A stretch of 64,000 nucleotides of DNA from Mollicutes bacterium (GCA_012799635.1 JAAZKW010000011.1:11738-75737), one strand, 5' to 3'; numbered from the stretch's first letter, positions 44,228 to 55,176 are shown. Notes: generated from the sequence alone by a model not told the origin. Numbers and translations are program-made.

Positions 44228-45292
44228 CTATTTTTTCTTTAATCTTCTTGTAGGTTTTTTTGGCCCATATAAGAAACGGTTTAAATCATTGGTAGCATTG
44301 TTTAAAGATTCAATATGAGACCTGATCATATCCTCACTTGCAATAGTTCCTTTTTCTTTTTGTGGAACGTAATTAATAATATACTTCAATATTTCCCTAT
44401 CTGGAAACCCTATTTGTAATGATTTTCCTTCGGCATACACACGTATACTTCCAGCTATTCCGTCAATATAATGTGTAAATCCAAAATTAACATCCCAATC
44501 TGATGTATTTATTTCAGCGGAAAAAATTCCATCAAAATAATCACATCTAACTCTTATGTCATTGTTTTTGTCTGATATCTCAAGACGGAATCCAGGCTGT
44601 TTAGAATAAATATTGAATGTTTTCACCCTATGTGGCCATGGCAAATCTTCTTTCCAAACTCTTACTGGTGTATGTTCGCTTGGATAAATATTTATATATA
44701 GTTTTGACAAAAAACTTTCAACATCTTCTACGGTCAAATCTTTTTTTGTAAATGGTATTATAGTTTCAAGAAACAAACTCATAGCATCTCCAAGTTCTAA
44801 ATTAAGAAGATTTCCAAATCCCAATGTATTAATTAAAGCGTCAAATTTAAGTTCTTTAGCTATGTTTATGTATGCTTGTGCTATCAACTTATTTGTTTTT
44901 GTTTCTTCATCCTTATTTTTATTATTTAACCTATAATCTTTCATCATGCAAATAAACTTAATAAAACTTTTGATATTATAGATTGTTAATTCTTCAATAT
45001 AATCAGAGTTATTTTTTGTAATATCTTCATCTATAAAATCTTTAGCAATTATCTTTGGAATTTTTCCTTTAATAATTACAGATTCACCAAAACTATCGCT
45101 TTTAGCAAGTTCTATTAACGATGTTTTCTCTTCAGAAACTCTTACTACTATAGGACTAAAGGATGCTTCAATATCTTCAAAAACCTTTAAGGTAAAAGGA
45201 AATATGTCTTTTTTCTTTTTCTTTTCTAAAAGTTCAGCTTCTGTAATTAAATTTAAAACTTTAGCTGAGACTAAAAAATCTAATGCAGTCAT
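44228..45292 (-). CDS. hypothetical protein
   Basis: 354-aa ORF with RBS AAAGGAGGAAAG upstream, downstream partner of the NlpC/P60 gene. I recognise no motif. Confidence 0.5.
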   Translation of the reverse strand: MTALDFLVSAKVLNLITEAELLEKKKKKDIFPFTLKVFEDIEASFSPIVVRVSEEKTSLIELAKSDSFGESVIIKGKIPKIIAKDFIDEDITKNNSDYIEELTIYNIKSFIKFICMMKDYRLNNKNKDEETKTNKLIAQAYINIAKELKFDALINTLGFGNLLNLELGDAMSLFLETIIPFTKKDLTVEDVESFLSKLYINIYPSEHTPVRVWKEDLPWPHRVKTFNIYSKQPGFRLEISDKNNDIRVRCDYFDGIFSAEINTSDWDVNFGFTHYIDGIAGSIRVYAEGKSLQIGFPDREILKYIINYVPQKEKGTIASEDMIRSHIESLNNATNDLNRFLYGPKKPTRRLKKK

Positions 45293-45361
45293 TTTCTTTC
45301 CTCCTTTAAAAAGTATTATATATATATTTTTTAAAAAAGCAATAATTTAAATTAAATTTTC

Positions 45362-46489
45362 TTATGCATATGGTCTTACAAACATGATATACCAGCGATT
45401 GCTTCCACCTGGAGCATAGGCATATTTAGAGGCCGTATCATACTTAACTCCACTACCAGATGAATGAATAATTTTTGTTGGCTTTCCATCTTTTACTTCA
45501 ACAACTATCCCTGTATGCATAATACACTGAAAACGATTACACCTGTTGCCGAAAGTGCTACCACTACACTTAGTGCACTCGCCAGACTTATTATATTGAG
45601 AAATTAAAAAGATATCACCAGGTTTAACATCATTTTTAGCAACACATTTGTTTTCGGCGTTTTGTCCTATCCCAGCAGCCGTTGAATTAGGTATATAATC
45701 ACTATAAGTTGCACTAACAAAATCTGAGCAATCCATTGAACGATAACTTCTTCCCAAATATTTTTTTGCATTGCTTAATAGTTCATTTACAGTATCTTCG
45801 TTATAAGAAGAAGAATCTACAAACTCTTTACAACCAAGCCCATAAGATACACCACCTTCATAATATATTAGTGGTTCTTGAGACAGATCTTTATTCGAGT
45901 TCTCTTTTTGACTTTGAGTCTGATTCTCTGAGTCTGTAATATGATTAAACGTTGTGTTGCTATCTGAATTTGTATTTTGATTATTATCTTTTATAATAAC
46001 TTCATTAATTTTTGCCTTTTTTGCAGCTTCTAACGCAAGTCGTTCATATTCTTCGATAGTTTTTCTTTTGACTAAACTAAGTTCTTGAGCTCTTTCTTCT
46101 TCGTGTTTAATAGCTTTATTTATTAATAAGTGACATTCATCACTTGATTTCATACATAAATTACATTGAGAAAAAACCGTTTTAGTTTTTTCTTTATTAT
46201 CAACATTTTTAAATAATGCATAAATAATAGTAGGAATAAAAAAAATCATTAATGCGATAATAGCTTTAACAAACAAGTCTCTAACAGTGGCTGATATTTT
46301 TTCATTATCTTTTTCAAATAATGCTTTAGTAAGAGATGCAGTAGATACTATAATTAAACCTACTGGAACTAATATTTTTGCCACTCTCATAACAGCACCA
46401 ATAACATTGAACATTTTTAATGTTCCAGAGGATTCACAAAAAGCTAATGTTTCATTTTCAATTAATAACTTAAAGTCGAAATTTACCAT
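45362..46489 (-). CDS. membrane-anchored NlpC/P60 (C40) family peptidoglycan hydrolase-like protein
   Basis: C-terminal SMDCSDFVSATY (Cys), MHTGIV (His) and IIHSS. Two N-terminal TM helices, a coiled-coil / low-complexity linker, and a Cys-rich insert CTKCSGSTFGNRCNRFQC. Confidence 0.7.
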   Translation of the reverse strand: MVNFDFKLLIENETLAFCESSGTLKMFNVIGAVMRVAKILVPVGLIIVSTASLTKALFEKDNEKISATVRDLFVKAIIALMIFFIPTIIYALFKNVDNKEKTKTVFSQCNLCMKSSDECHLLINKAIKHEEERAQELSLVKRKTIEEYERLALEAAKKAKINEVIIKDNNQNTNSDSNTTFNHITDSENQTQSQKENSNKDLSQEPLIYYEGGVSYGLGCKEFVDSSSYNEDTVNELLSNAKKYLGRSYRSMDCSDFVSATYSDYIPNSTAAGIGQNAENKCVAKNDVKPGDIFLISQYNKSGECTKCSGSTFGNRCNRFQCIMHTGIVVEVKDGKPTKIIHSSGSGVKYDTASKYAYAPGGSNRWYIMFVRPYA

Positions 46490-46589
46490 AATCCGCTGCT
46501 CCTTATGAAATAATTATAGAATAACAATCTTTTTTTAGCAACATCAAGAAAAATATGATATTATAAAGTCATTAAAGGGCGATGATAAT

Positions 46590-47643
46590 ATGTTAGATAA
46601 AAATGTGTTAATTGAATTAAAAGAAAAATTATATGAAATTGGGAGGTCTCTTTGACTTAGATAAGTTAAAAGAACGCTTAGAAATTCTTAAAAAAGAAAC
46701 ATTAGAAGCATCTTTTTATGATGATATCAAAAGAAGTAGTGAAATTAATATCGAAATAAGTAATATTGAAAAAACGATTAACTCTTTTGAATCATTACAA
46801 GAGAGAATAAATGTTAATATTGAACTGTTTGAACTTGTTGATGAAAATGAAATTAAAGATTTAAAAACTACTATCGAAAATTTAGAAACCGAAGTTTTTT
46901 TAAATGATAAATATGATTCTTTAAATTGTTTTTTAGAAATTCATGCTGGTGCAGGTGGAACTGAAAGCATGGATTGGAGCGATATTTTAAGAAGGATGTA
47001 TATAAGATTTTGTGAAAAGTATAATTTTAAGTATGAAGAAATAGATGTATCATTGGGTGAAGAAGCAGGAATAAAGTCTTGTTTAATTAAAATAATTGGA
47101 CATAATGCCTTTGGATATTTAAAACATGAAAGTGGAACACATAGGTTAGTTAGAAAGTCGCCTTTTGATTCAAACTCAAGAAGGCATACATCATTTTCAT
47201 CTGTTACCATTACTCCAGAATTTAAAAAGGTTGAAGAAGTTGAAATAAATGAAAATGATTTGAAAATAGATGTATTTCATTCATCTGGCGCAGGGGGTCA
47301 ATCAGTTAATACCAGTAATTCGGCAGTACGAATAACGCATTTGCCTACTAAGATAGTCGTTAGTGTTCAAAACGAAAGAAGTCAGTTAAAAAACAAAGAA
47401 TTAGCGATGAATATTTTAAAAAGCAAGCTTTTTGCTATAAAACTACAAAATCAAGAAGAGAAAATTTCAGGATTCAAAAATTATGGAGATAATAGCTTTG
47501 GAAGTCAAATTAGAAGTTATGTACTTGAACCCTATAAACTTGTAAAAGATTATCGCAGTGGTTATGAATCAACAGATCCGGATAAATTGCTTAATGGTGA
47601 TATTAAAGAAATGCTTGATTTTAATTTAAAAAATATAAAATAA
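46590..47643 (+). CDS. prfB: peptide chain release factor 2, requires programmed +1 frameshift at 46650-46656
   Basis: ORF0 is MLDKNVLIELKEKLYEIGRSL, ending CTT TGA C. The +1 frame continues DLDKLKERLE... It has the SPF motif (RKSPFDS) and GGQ (SGAGGQSVN). Confidence 0.93.
46641..46656 (+). promoter_or_regulatory. RF2 autoregulatory frameshift site (internal SD GGGAGG + CTT TGA C)
   Basis: GGGAGGTCTCTTTGAC read directly. It matches the canonical prfB slippery site. Confidence 0.9.
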
Positions 47644-47655
47644 CAGGGGGGGACT

Positions 47656-48957
47656 ATGAAAGAAATAAAGAAATATTTGAACAAAAAATTTAATGATAAT
47701 GATGTTATTATTTTAGCATGTTCTGGAGGACCGGATTCAATGTTTCTTTTTCATGTTTTAAAAAGTATAAATAAGAAAATAAAAATTGTGTGTGCTCATG
47801 TTAATCATAATATTAGAAAAGAAAGTAATGAAGAATATAAGTATGTAGAAGATTTATGTAATAAAAATAAGATTATTTTTGAAGGCTATGTTATTAAAGA
47901 CAGGATTACTAATAACTTTGAAGATACTGCAAGAAAGATTAGATATAAATTTTTCAATAATTTATTTGATAAATATAATGCAAAGTATATATTAACAGCA
48001 CACCACAATGATGATTTGATTGAAACTGTTTTGATGAGAATTTCAAGAGGTAGTAATCTTTCGGGTTATATTGGTATTAAAAAAGAAGATGGAAGATACT
48101 TAAGGGTACTTTTAGATATATCTAAAGAAGAGATTATTACATACTTAGATGATAATAAAATTAAATACTTTATTGATTATACTAATACTGACGCTTCTTA
48201 TACCAGAAATAGATTTAGACATAATATAGTTAGCAAATTAAAAGAAGAAAATCCTAATATTAAAAATAAGATTATTCAATTTAGTAAGGAACTAAAAATG
48301 TATGATGATTTTGTTAATTTATATATAAAAAACCATCGTTTTATTAAAGATAATATCTTAGATTTAAAGAAGGTTTTAAAGGAAGATATTTTAGTTATAA
48401 AGAAGTGTATTGAGCTAATTATTAAGGAAATCCAAAAAAATAATCAATTAGATGTTTCAAATAATAATATTAATGATATAATAGATATGCTTTTTTCAAA
48501 AAGAAGCAACATAAAGATTAATCTTAATAACAACTTTATAGCTAAAAAAAGTTATGATAAATTTATGATTATCAAAGAAATTAAGAGGAAATCTGTTTTA
48601 AAAATTTTTAATGACTATTATGAAGATGAAATGTGGATTATCAAAAAGAATCTAACATCTGAAAGCAATTCTAATTTTGAAATACTGCTTTTAGAAAAAG
48701 AGATTAACCTTCCTTTATATATAAGGGGTATGAAAAAAGGGGATGTTATGGAAATTAAAAATTTGGGTCATAAAAAAGTAAAAGATATTTTTATTGATTC
48801 AAAAACAGATATTGATGAAAGAAAAAGTTATCCAATAGTAGTTGATAGCCAAAATAATATACTGTGGATTCCGGGTATCAAAAAAAGTAAATATGCTAAA
48901 GACAAAGAAGAAAAGTATGATATAATACTTTTTAGTGAAAGGAAGAAAAATAATTAA
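47656..48957 (+). CDS. tilS: tRNA(Ile)-lysidine synthase
   Basis: PP-loop ACSGGPDSM, and its position upstream of ftsH. Confidence 0.88.
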   Translation: MKEIKKYLNKKFNDNDVIILACSGGPDSMFLFHVLKSINKKIKIVCAHVNHNIRKESNEEYKYVEDLCNKNKIIFEGYVIKDRITNNFEDTARKIRYKFFNNLFDKYNAKYILTAHHNDDLIETVLMRISRGSNLSGYIGIKKEDGRYLRVLLDISKEEIITYLDDNKIKYFIDYTNTDASYTRNRFRHNIVSKLKEENPNIKNKIIQFSKELKMYDDFVNLYIKNHRFIKDNILDLKKVLKEDILVIKKCIELIIKEIQKNNQLDVSNNNINDIIDMLFSKRSNIKINLNNNFIAKKSYDKFMIIKEIKRKSVLKIFNDYYEDEMWIIKKNLTSESNSNFEILLLEKEINLPLYIRGMKKGDVMEIKNLGHKKVKDIFIDSKTDIDERKSYPIVVDSQNNILWIPGIKKSKYAKDKEEKYDIILFSERKKNN

Positions 48958-50891
48958 TGACAAACGCAAAGAAAAACAATGTTCTTAGAAATTTAAGTCC
49001 ATATATAGTGTTTATTATATTAATAAGCATCTTAATTTTTATGTTAAAATTTCAAGGTTTAGAAATTCATAAAATGTCCACAGGTAGTTTAATTAGTAAC
49101 CTTGAAGCAAACAAAGTGACAAATATAGCAATAACACCTAAAAGCGGTGAATCGGTTTATTATGTTACAGGAAGATTAGAATCGTATGCAAAAAACGAAT
49201 CATTTAAAGCATTGGTTGTTCCTGAGGAAGTAAAAAGAATTACTGAATATATTAGTGAAAATAATATTGAAAAATATGATACATATAAAGATCCAGGAGC
49301 TAGCCCTTTATTATATATTACAGCAAACGTACTTCCCTTATTCGTATTAGTAGGATTATCATATATATTATTTTCTAAACTTGCTAGTTCTAACCGTAGT
49401 TCAATGGATTTCGGAAGAAATAAAGCTAAATTAAGCGATGATCAAAATAAAAAGACATTTGCTGATGTGGCTGGTCTTAAAGAAGAAAAAGAAGAAGTTG
49501 CAGAATTAATAGACTTCTTAAAAAACCCTAAAAAGTTTCAGAAGCTAGGCGCTAGAATTCCTAAAGGAGTACTTCTTGTTGGGCCTCCAGGAACAGGTAA
49601 AACTTTACTTGCTAAAGCAATTGCTGGTGAGGCGAGCGTTCCATTTTATTATATAAGTGGTTCAGACTTTGTTGAATTATTTGTTGGTGTTGGAGCATCA
49701 CGTGTAAGAGACATGTTTAAAGAAGCTAAAAGAAATGCACCATGTTTAATATTTATTGATGAAATTGATGCTGTAGGTCGCCAAAGAGGAACAGGGCTTG
49801 GTGGAGGACATGATGAAAGAGAGCAAACCTTAAATCAATTATTAACTGAAATGGATGGTTTTGGTGCTAACGAAGGAATTATTATAATTGCAGCAACAAA
49901 TAGACCGGATGTTCTTGATCCAGCTTTACTTCGCCCTGGTAGATTTGACAGGCAAGTAACAGTTAGTTTACCAGATTCAAATGAAAGAGAAGCTATTTTG
50001 AAAGTTCATGCTGAAAATAAAATTCTTAGCGAAGCTGTAAATATGAAGGCTATAGCTGCAAGAACTCCAGGCTTTAGTGGCGCCGATCTTGAAAACCTTC
50101 TTAATGAAGCTGCTCTTTTAGCAGTAAGAAGAGATAAAAATGAGATTACAATGGATGAAATAGATGAAGCAACTGATAGGGTATTAATGGGGCCTGCTAA
50201 AACAACAAGAAAAATCACTGATAAAGAAAAGAAACTTATTAGTATTCATGAAGCAGGTCATGCTGTTATTGGTTTAAAATTAAGAGATGCAGAAATAGTT
50301 CATAAAATAACAATAATTCCTCGTGGTATAGCAGGTGGTTATACAATGATGCTCCCTAAAGAAGAAAAGATTGCTATTATGACTAAATCAGAAATATTAG
50401 CGACTATTACTGGGTTATTAGGGGGACGTGTTGCAGAGGAACATTTTCTAAATGAAATGTCCACAGGAGCATCTGATGATTTTAAAAAGGCTACAAGATA
50501 TGCTCGTAGTATGGTAACAGAATATGGTATGTCTGATTTAGGCCCAATGCAATATGAAGAAAAAAATAAAGATGTTTTTTTAGGAAGAGATTATACAAAA
50601 AACCAAAACTTTTCAGACCAAGTTGCTCTTGAGATAGATAGAGCTACACGAAAAATAATAGAGGACTGTTATCAAAAAGCAAAAAAAATAATTGCTGAGA
50701 ATGAAGGGTTGATTGTACTTTTATCAGATGCACTAATTAAATATGAAACTCTTACAAAAGAGCATATTGATTCGTTAGTAGAAACTGGTGAAATTAGCCC
50801 AGAATTATTAAATAAAGAGGTTAAGGAAGAACCAGAAAAAGAAGAAAAAACTAAGAAAACTAAAAAAACAAATAATAGAAAGGAAGATTAA
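48957..50891 (+). CDS. ftsH: ATP-dependent zinc metalloprotease FtsH
   Basis: [21 protein letters not shown] and HEAGHA, plus two N-terminal TM segments. Confidence 0.95.
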   Translation: MTNAKKNNVLRNLSPYIVFIILISILIFMLKFQGLEIHKMSTGSLISNLEANKVTNIAITPKSGESVYYVTGRLESYAKNESFKALVVPEEVKRITEYISENNIEKYDTYKDPGASPLLYITANVLPLFVLVGLSYILFSKLASSNRSSMDFGRNKAKLSDDQNKKTFADVAGLKEEKEEVAELIDFLKNPKKFQKLGARIPKGVLLVGPPGTGKTLLAKAIAGEASVPFYYISGSDFVELFVGVGASRVRDMFKEAKRNAPCLIFIDEIDAVGRQRGTGLGGGHDEREQTLNQLLTEMDGFGANEGIIIIAATNRPDVLDPALLRPGRFDRQVTVSLPDSNEREAILKVHAENKILSEAVNMKAIAARTPGFSGADLENLLNEAALLAVRRDKNEITMDEIDEATDRVLMGPAKTTRKITDKEKKLISIHEAGHAVIGLKLRDAEIVHKITIIPRGIAGGYTMMLPKEEKIAIMTKSEILATITGLLGGRVAEEHFLNEMSTGASDDFKKATRYARSMVTEYGMSDLGPMQYEEKNKDVFLGRDYTKNQNFSDQVALEIDRATRKIIEDCYQKAKKIIAENEGLIVLLSDALIKYETLTKEHIDSLVETGEISPELLNKEVKEEPEKEEKTKKTKKTNNRKED

Positions 50892-50892
50892 G

Positions 50893-51111
50893 ATGCTAGA
50901 GACAATTTTATTAATAGTATCGGTATTATTAATAGTAATCGTACTTTTACAAAGTAGAAAAGCAAGTAGCGCTGGAAATGTGTTAACTGGTGGTAATGAA
51001 GCACTTTTTCAAAATATGAAAGAAAGAGGAACTGAACTTTTTATCAGTAGACTTACACTAATTTTAGGAATTCTATTCTTTCTTATATCATTTATACTTT
51101 TTATAAAATAA
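50893..51111 (+). CDS. secG: preprotein translocase subunit SecG
   Basis: 72 aa, 2 TM, with LLQSRKASSAGNVLTGG typical of SecG. It lies upstream of rnr-smpB, as in other Firmicutes. Confidence 0.75.
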   Translation: MLETILLIVSVLLIVIVLLQSRKASSAGNVLTGGNEALFQNMKERGTELFISRLTLILGILFFLISFILFIK

Positions 51112-51120
51112 TGATGAATA

Positions 51121-51142
51121 AAAGCGACAATTGTTGCTTTTT
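51121..51142 (+). terminator. intrinsic terminator after secG
   Basis: AAGCGACA-at-TGTTGCTT (one G-U pair) followed by TTTT. Confidence 0.6.
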
Positions 51143-51181
51143 TAAATTGCAAAACATATGCTATTAATATATAATATAAAT

Positions 51182-51622
51182 ATGGAAAATGAAAAACAAA
51201 TAATAAAAAATGGTTTTACTTTGATTGAACTGCTTGTTTCTATCGCTTTAGTAGCATCTCTTAGTATTACAGTTGGTTTAGGCGTAAATATGCTTATAAA
51301 AAAATCAAAGCTTGATAAAAATGTAGCAGCATTAAAAGATGTTATGAATGCTGCTAGTGTTTTTTGTGAGCTTTCAGATAACGGGATATGTACTAAAGGT
51401 AGCGATTGTATTGTAACAATTGGTGATCTTATATACAGAGGTTTATTAAATAAAAGTATTGTTAACGAAAAAAATCCTATGTATTTGGATAAAAATTTTA
51501 TGTACGATGATGAAATAGAAATTAAATATCAAAATAAAGAAAAGAAAGTTATATATAAATGTGGGAGTAGGAGTGTTAATCTAAATAATATAGATGATTA
51601 TAAAGATTGGGAAAAGTGTTAG
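51182..51622 (+). CDS. prepilin-type N-terminal cleavage/methylation domain protein (pseudopilin/ComG-like)
   Basis: Class III signal KNG/FTLIELLVSIALVASL. ORF 51158..51622, with a likely ATG at 51182. Confidence 0.7.
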   Translation: MENEKQIIKNGFTLIELLVSIALVASLSITVGLGVNMLIKKSKLDKNVAALKDVMNAASVFCELSDNGICTKGSDCIVTIGDLIYRGLLNKSIVNEKNPMYLDKNFMYDDEIEIKYQNKEKKVIYKCGSRSVNLNNIDDYKDWEKC

Positions 51623-51625
51623 CAT

Positions 51626-53725
51626 ATGAAAGAAAACATTATTGAAAAATTAAAAGATTGCAAAAGCTCTATAAGTTTAATAGAAATAAATGATTTACTT
51701 GGTTTAACATCTGTAGAAGATTATCAAGAATTACAAAAGATAATTAATATCCTTATTTCTGAAGGAAAAGTTCATAGGACTAAGAAAGATAAATATATAT
51801 TAACCGAAAAATGTTCTTCAATAATAACAGGTTACATACGTATAAATAAAAATGGTAATGGCTTTGTGACTGGGGATAATGGGGAAGATATATTTATTGA
51901 AAAGTCAAATTTAAATTCAGCAATTGATGGCGATTATGTAGAAGTTGATTATATAAATAATGAAGGAATCGTTATTAATATTTTAAAAAGAGATTTAAAT
52001 TTTTTAGTTGGAGAAATAATTAATAAACATGGAAAGCTTGGTTTTATATTAGATGATAAAAAGAAAAATATATCTTTAGAAATTACTAAGGAGTCTTTAA
52101 ATGGTTGTGTTGAGGGTCATAAAGTATTAGTAAAAATAATAAAAGAGTTAAAAGCAAACTATTATCTTGGAAAAATAGTAAAAATAATAGGTCATAAAAA
52201 TGATCCAGGTGTTGATATATTGGCTATTGCTTATTCGCATGAAATAAGCCCGGATTTTTCAGATGCATCCCTAAAGCAACTTGAAAGTATTCCAACAAGT
52301 ATCAAGTCAGAAGAAATAAAAGATAGAAAAGATTTAAGAAAGGAAACAATTTTTACTATTGATGGTGATGATACTAAAGATATAGATGATGCAATAAGCA
52401 TCAAAAAAGAGAATGAAAATTATATTTTGGGTGTTCACATTGCTGATGTATCATACTATGTTAAAGAAGGAACGCCTTTATTTGAAGATGCTTTTTCAAA
52501 AGGAACATCATCATATTTAGCTGATACAGTATTACCCATGCTTCCTCATAGACTTTCAAACGGAATATGTTCTCTAAATGAAAATGAGGATAGACTTACA
52601 ATAAGTTGTATAATGACTATCAATTCCAAAGGGCAAATTATTAATCATGATATATTTAAGTCTGTAATCAGAAGTAAGAAGCAAATGACATATAACAATG
52701 TTAATAAAATTCTAATCGAAGGGATTGTTCCTGACGGTTATGAAAATTACAAAGATGATTTATTTTTAATGAAAGAACTTTCAGACATTCTTCGAAAAGC
52801 CAAAATCAACCGTGGTTATATTGATTTTTCTATTGATGAAGCTAAGGTAATTCAAGATGAAAATGGGAAAGCGATTGATATTGTTAAAAGGCTTCAGCTT
52901 GCAGGGGAAAACTTAATTGAAGACTTTATGATAGCAGCAAATGAAACAATTGCCTCAAATATTTATAATATGGATCTTCCTTTTGTATATCGTGTTCATG
53001 GAGAACCTAAAACAGAAAAAATCGAAGAGTTTTTAAATTTTCTTAAAATAATGAATTATAAGCTTGATGTTAACACAAATAATATTACACCTAAAACAAT
53101 GCAAAAGATATTATTATCATTAAAAGATTCAAAGGCGTTTGATGTTTTTTCAGATATGTTATTAAGAAGTATGAAAAAAGCTGTATATTCGCCAGATAAT
53201 ATAGGGCATTTTGGTTTGGCTAGTAATATATATACCCATTTTACATCTCCGATTAGAAGATTTCCAGATCTTATGGTTCATACATTGCTCAATAAATATT
53301 TATTTGAGTGTAATATAAATAATGAAACAATTAAATATTATCAAAACATATTAGAAGAATATACTCATCATGCCAGTATCAAAGAACAGGCTTCAGATGA
53401 GGCTGAAAGAGATGTTTTAGATATGAAAATGGCGGAATATATGGAAGACCATATAAATGAGGAATATAATGGAATAATTTCTGGTGTAGCTAATTTTGGT
53501 TTTTTTGTAAAACTAGATAACTTAGTTGAAGGACTGGTACATGTATCAACATTAAACGGGTTTTATACTTATGTTCCAGAACTACTTTCGCTTGTAAGTA
53601 ATAATAACATTAAGTATACTATAGGTGATAAGGTTAAAGTTAAAGTTGTAAATGCATCAAAGGAAAAACGAATTATTGATTTTGAACTGGTAGGTGAGCA
53701 TAAAAAATATGGAAATAAAAAATAG
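51626..53725 (+). CDS. rnr: ribonuclease R
   Basis: RNB domain (FTIDGDDTKDIDDAISI, HFGLAS..YTHFTSPIRRFPDL) and a C-terminal S1 domain. Confidence 0.92.
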   Translation: MKENIIEKLKDCKSSISLIEINDLLGLTSVEDYQELQKIINILISEGKVHRTKKDKYILTEKCSSIITGYIRINKNGNGFVTGDNGEDIFIEKSNLNSAIDGDYVEVDYINNEGIVINILKRDLNFLVGEIINKHGKLGFILDDKKKNISLEITKESLNGCVEGHKVLVKIIKELKANYYLGKIVKIIGHKNDPGVDILAIAYSHEISPDFSDASLKQLESIPTSIKSEEIKDRKDLRKETIFTIDGDDTKDIDDAISIKKENENYILGVHIADVSYYVKEGTPLFEDAFSKGTSSYLADTVLPMLPHRLSNGICSLNENEDRLTISCIMTINSKGQIINHDIFKSVIRSKKQMTYNNVNKILIEGIVPDGYENYKDDLFLMKELSDILRKAKINRGYIDFSIDEAKVIQDENGKAIDIVKRLQLAGENLIEDFMIAANETIASNIYNMDLPFVYRVHGEPKTEKIEEFLNFLKIMNYKLDVNTNNITPKTMQKILLSLKDSKAFDVFSDMLLRSMKKAVYSPDNIGHFGLASNIYTHFTSPIRRFPDLMVHTLLNKYLFECNINNETIKYYQNILEEYTHHASIKEQASDEAERDVLDMKMAEYMEDHINEEYNGIISGVANFGFFVKLDNLVEGLVHVSTLNGFYTYVPELLSLVSNNNIKYTIGDKVKVKVVNASKEKRIIDFELVGEHKKYGNKK

Positions 53726-54137
53726 AAAAGCTTATTTTAACTATTTTGTTGAAGAAGAAATTGAATGTGGAATAGTATTATTAGGAACCGAAATAAAAGC
53801 GATTAGAAAAGGTTCTGCTGATATAAAAGATAGCTATGTAAGAATTAAGAACAATGAAGCATTAATCATTAATATGTATATAGCAAAATATGATGAAGGC
53901 TCAGTATTCAATCATGATGAATATCGTGAAAGAAAATTATTGCTTCACAAAAGAGAAATACTTAAATTAAAAGAAAAAATATCAAAAGGAAATTATACAT
54001 TAGTTCCTCTTAAAATATATATGAAAAATAACAAAGCTAAAATATTAGTAGGTCTATGTAGAGGTAAAAAATTATATGATAAAAGAGATGCCATCAAGAA
54101 AAAAGATCTGGAAAGGGTAAATTCATATGAAAAATAA
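53709..54137 (+). CDS. smpB: SsrA-binding protein
   Basis: NRKAYFNY..LLGTEIKAIR..LLLHKREI. ORF 53694..54137, with a likely ATG at 53709. Confidence 0.9.
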   Translation: MEIKNRKAYFNYFVEEEIECGIVLLGTEIKAIRKGSADIKDSYVRIKNNEALIINMYIAKYDEGSVFNHDEYRERKLLLHKREILKLKEKISKGNYTLVPLKIYMKNNKAKILVGLCRGKKLYDKRDAIKKKDLERVNSYEK

Positions 54138-55176
54138 GAAACAAAGTATCATAATAGCTAGTATAATAATAATATTATTAATAATAATTGTTGTTTTTTT
54201 GGTAATAAAAAAAGATGATAAAAAACCTATATTAAAACCGAAAGCAAAAGAAATAATAAAAGAAGTTCAAATTATAGATGAAAAATCTAAAACAAGGCCC
54301 TTTGCTATTATGATTAATAACATTAATGAGGCAAGGAAAGTTCAATCAAGTTTAAATAAAGCGTATATAGTATATGAAATTGTTGTTGAAGGTGGACTTA
54401 CTAGATATTTAGCTTTGTATAAAGATGTACCCGAAGCAGTGATTGGCTCTGTAAGAAGTGCTAGACATTATTTTCTTGATTATGTTTTAGAAAATGATGC
54501 CATATATGTACATTGGGGATGGAGCCCTCAAGCCCAAAGTGATATAAGAAATCTTAAAATAAATAACATCAATGGATTAACATATGAGGGAGTATATTTT
54601 TATCGTACTAAAAATATTGGAGCTCCACATAATGGTTTTACTAATATGGAGTTGTTGGCAAAAGCTAGAGAAAAACTAAAGTATTCGGTTGAAACAGAAA
54701 AAGAAAATTTATTAAAATATTCTGCAGAACCAGTAAAATTAAATACATATGAAAGTGTTCAAGATGCTGATAGTGTTAACATTACTTATTCTCAGAATAC
54801 AAAGATCAAATATGAATATGATCAAGAATCTTTAAAATACATTCGTTTTCAAGATGGGATTAAACAGATTGATCATGAAAATAATGATGGCGTTTTAGTA
54901 AAGAATATTATTATATATCAAATAGCAAATTATGGTTTAAATGATGGTATGAATAAAGGCAGACAAGATATTAATAATGTTGATAGTGGAACAGGCTATT
55001 ATGTTAGTGAAGGTAAGGCAATAAAAATTAATTGGTCTAAAGAATCTAGAAGTGCTCAAACAATTTATACGGATGAAAAAGGAGAACGATTAATTCTTAA
55101 TGATGGTAATACCTTTATTCAAATTGTTCCAACGACAGGAAAGGTGGAAATAATTAAAAATGAAACAGTTAGTTGA
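54127..55176 (+). CDS. DUF3048 (YerB-like) domain protein with N-terminal membrane anchor
   Basis: RPFAIMINNINEARKVQSSLNKAYIVYEIVVEGGLTRYLALY matches my recollection of the DUF3048 core. Confidence 0.6.
   Translation: MKNKKQSIIIASIIIILLIIIVVFLVIKKDDKKPILKPKAKEIIKEVQIIDEKSKTRPFAIMINNINEARKVQSSLNKAYIVYEIVVEGGLTRYLALYKDVPEAVIGSVRSARHYFLDYVLENDAIYVHWGWSPQAQSDIRNLKINNINGLTYEGVYFYRTKNIGAPHNGFTNMELLAKAREKLKYSVETEKENLLKYSAEPVKLNTYESVQDADSVNITYSQNTKIKYEYDQESLKYIRFQDGIKQIDHENNDGVLVKNIIIYQIANYGLNDGMNKGRQDINNVDSGTGYYVSEGKAIKINWSKESRSAQTIYTDEKGERLILNDGNTFIQIVPTTGKVEIIKNETVS

Noticed and set aside
45736-46508. Plus-strand ORFs 45736-45939 and 46287-46508 within the NlpC/P60 gene region.
   Set aside because: They are antisense to a minus-strand gene with clear C40 catalytic motifs and TM helices, and they have no SD.
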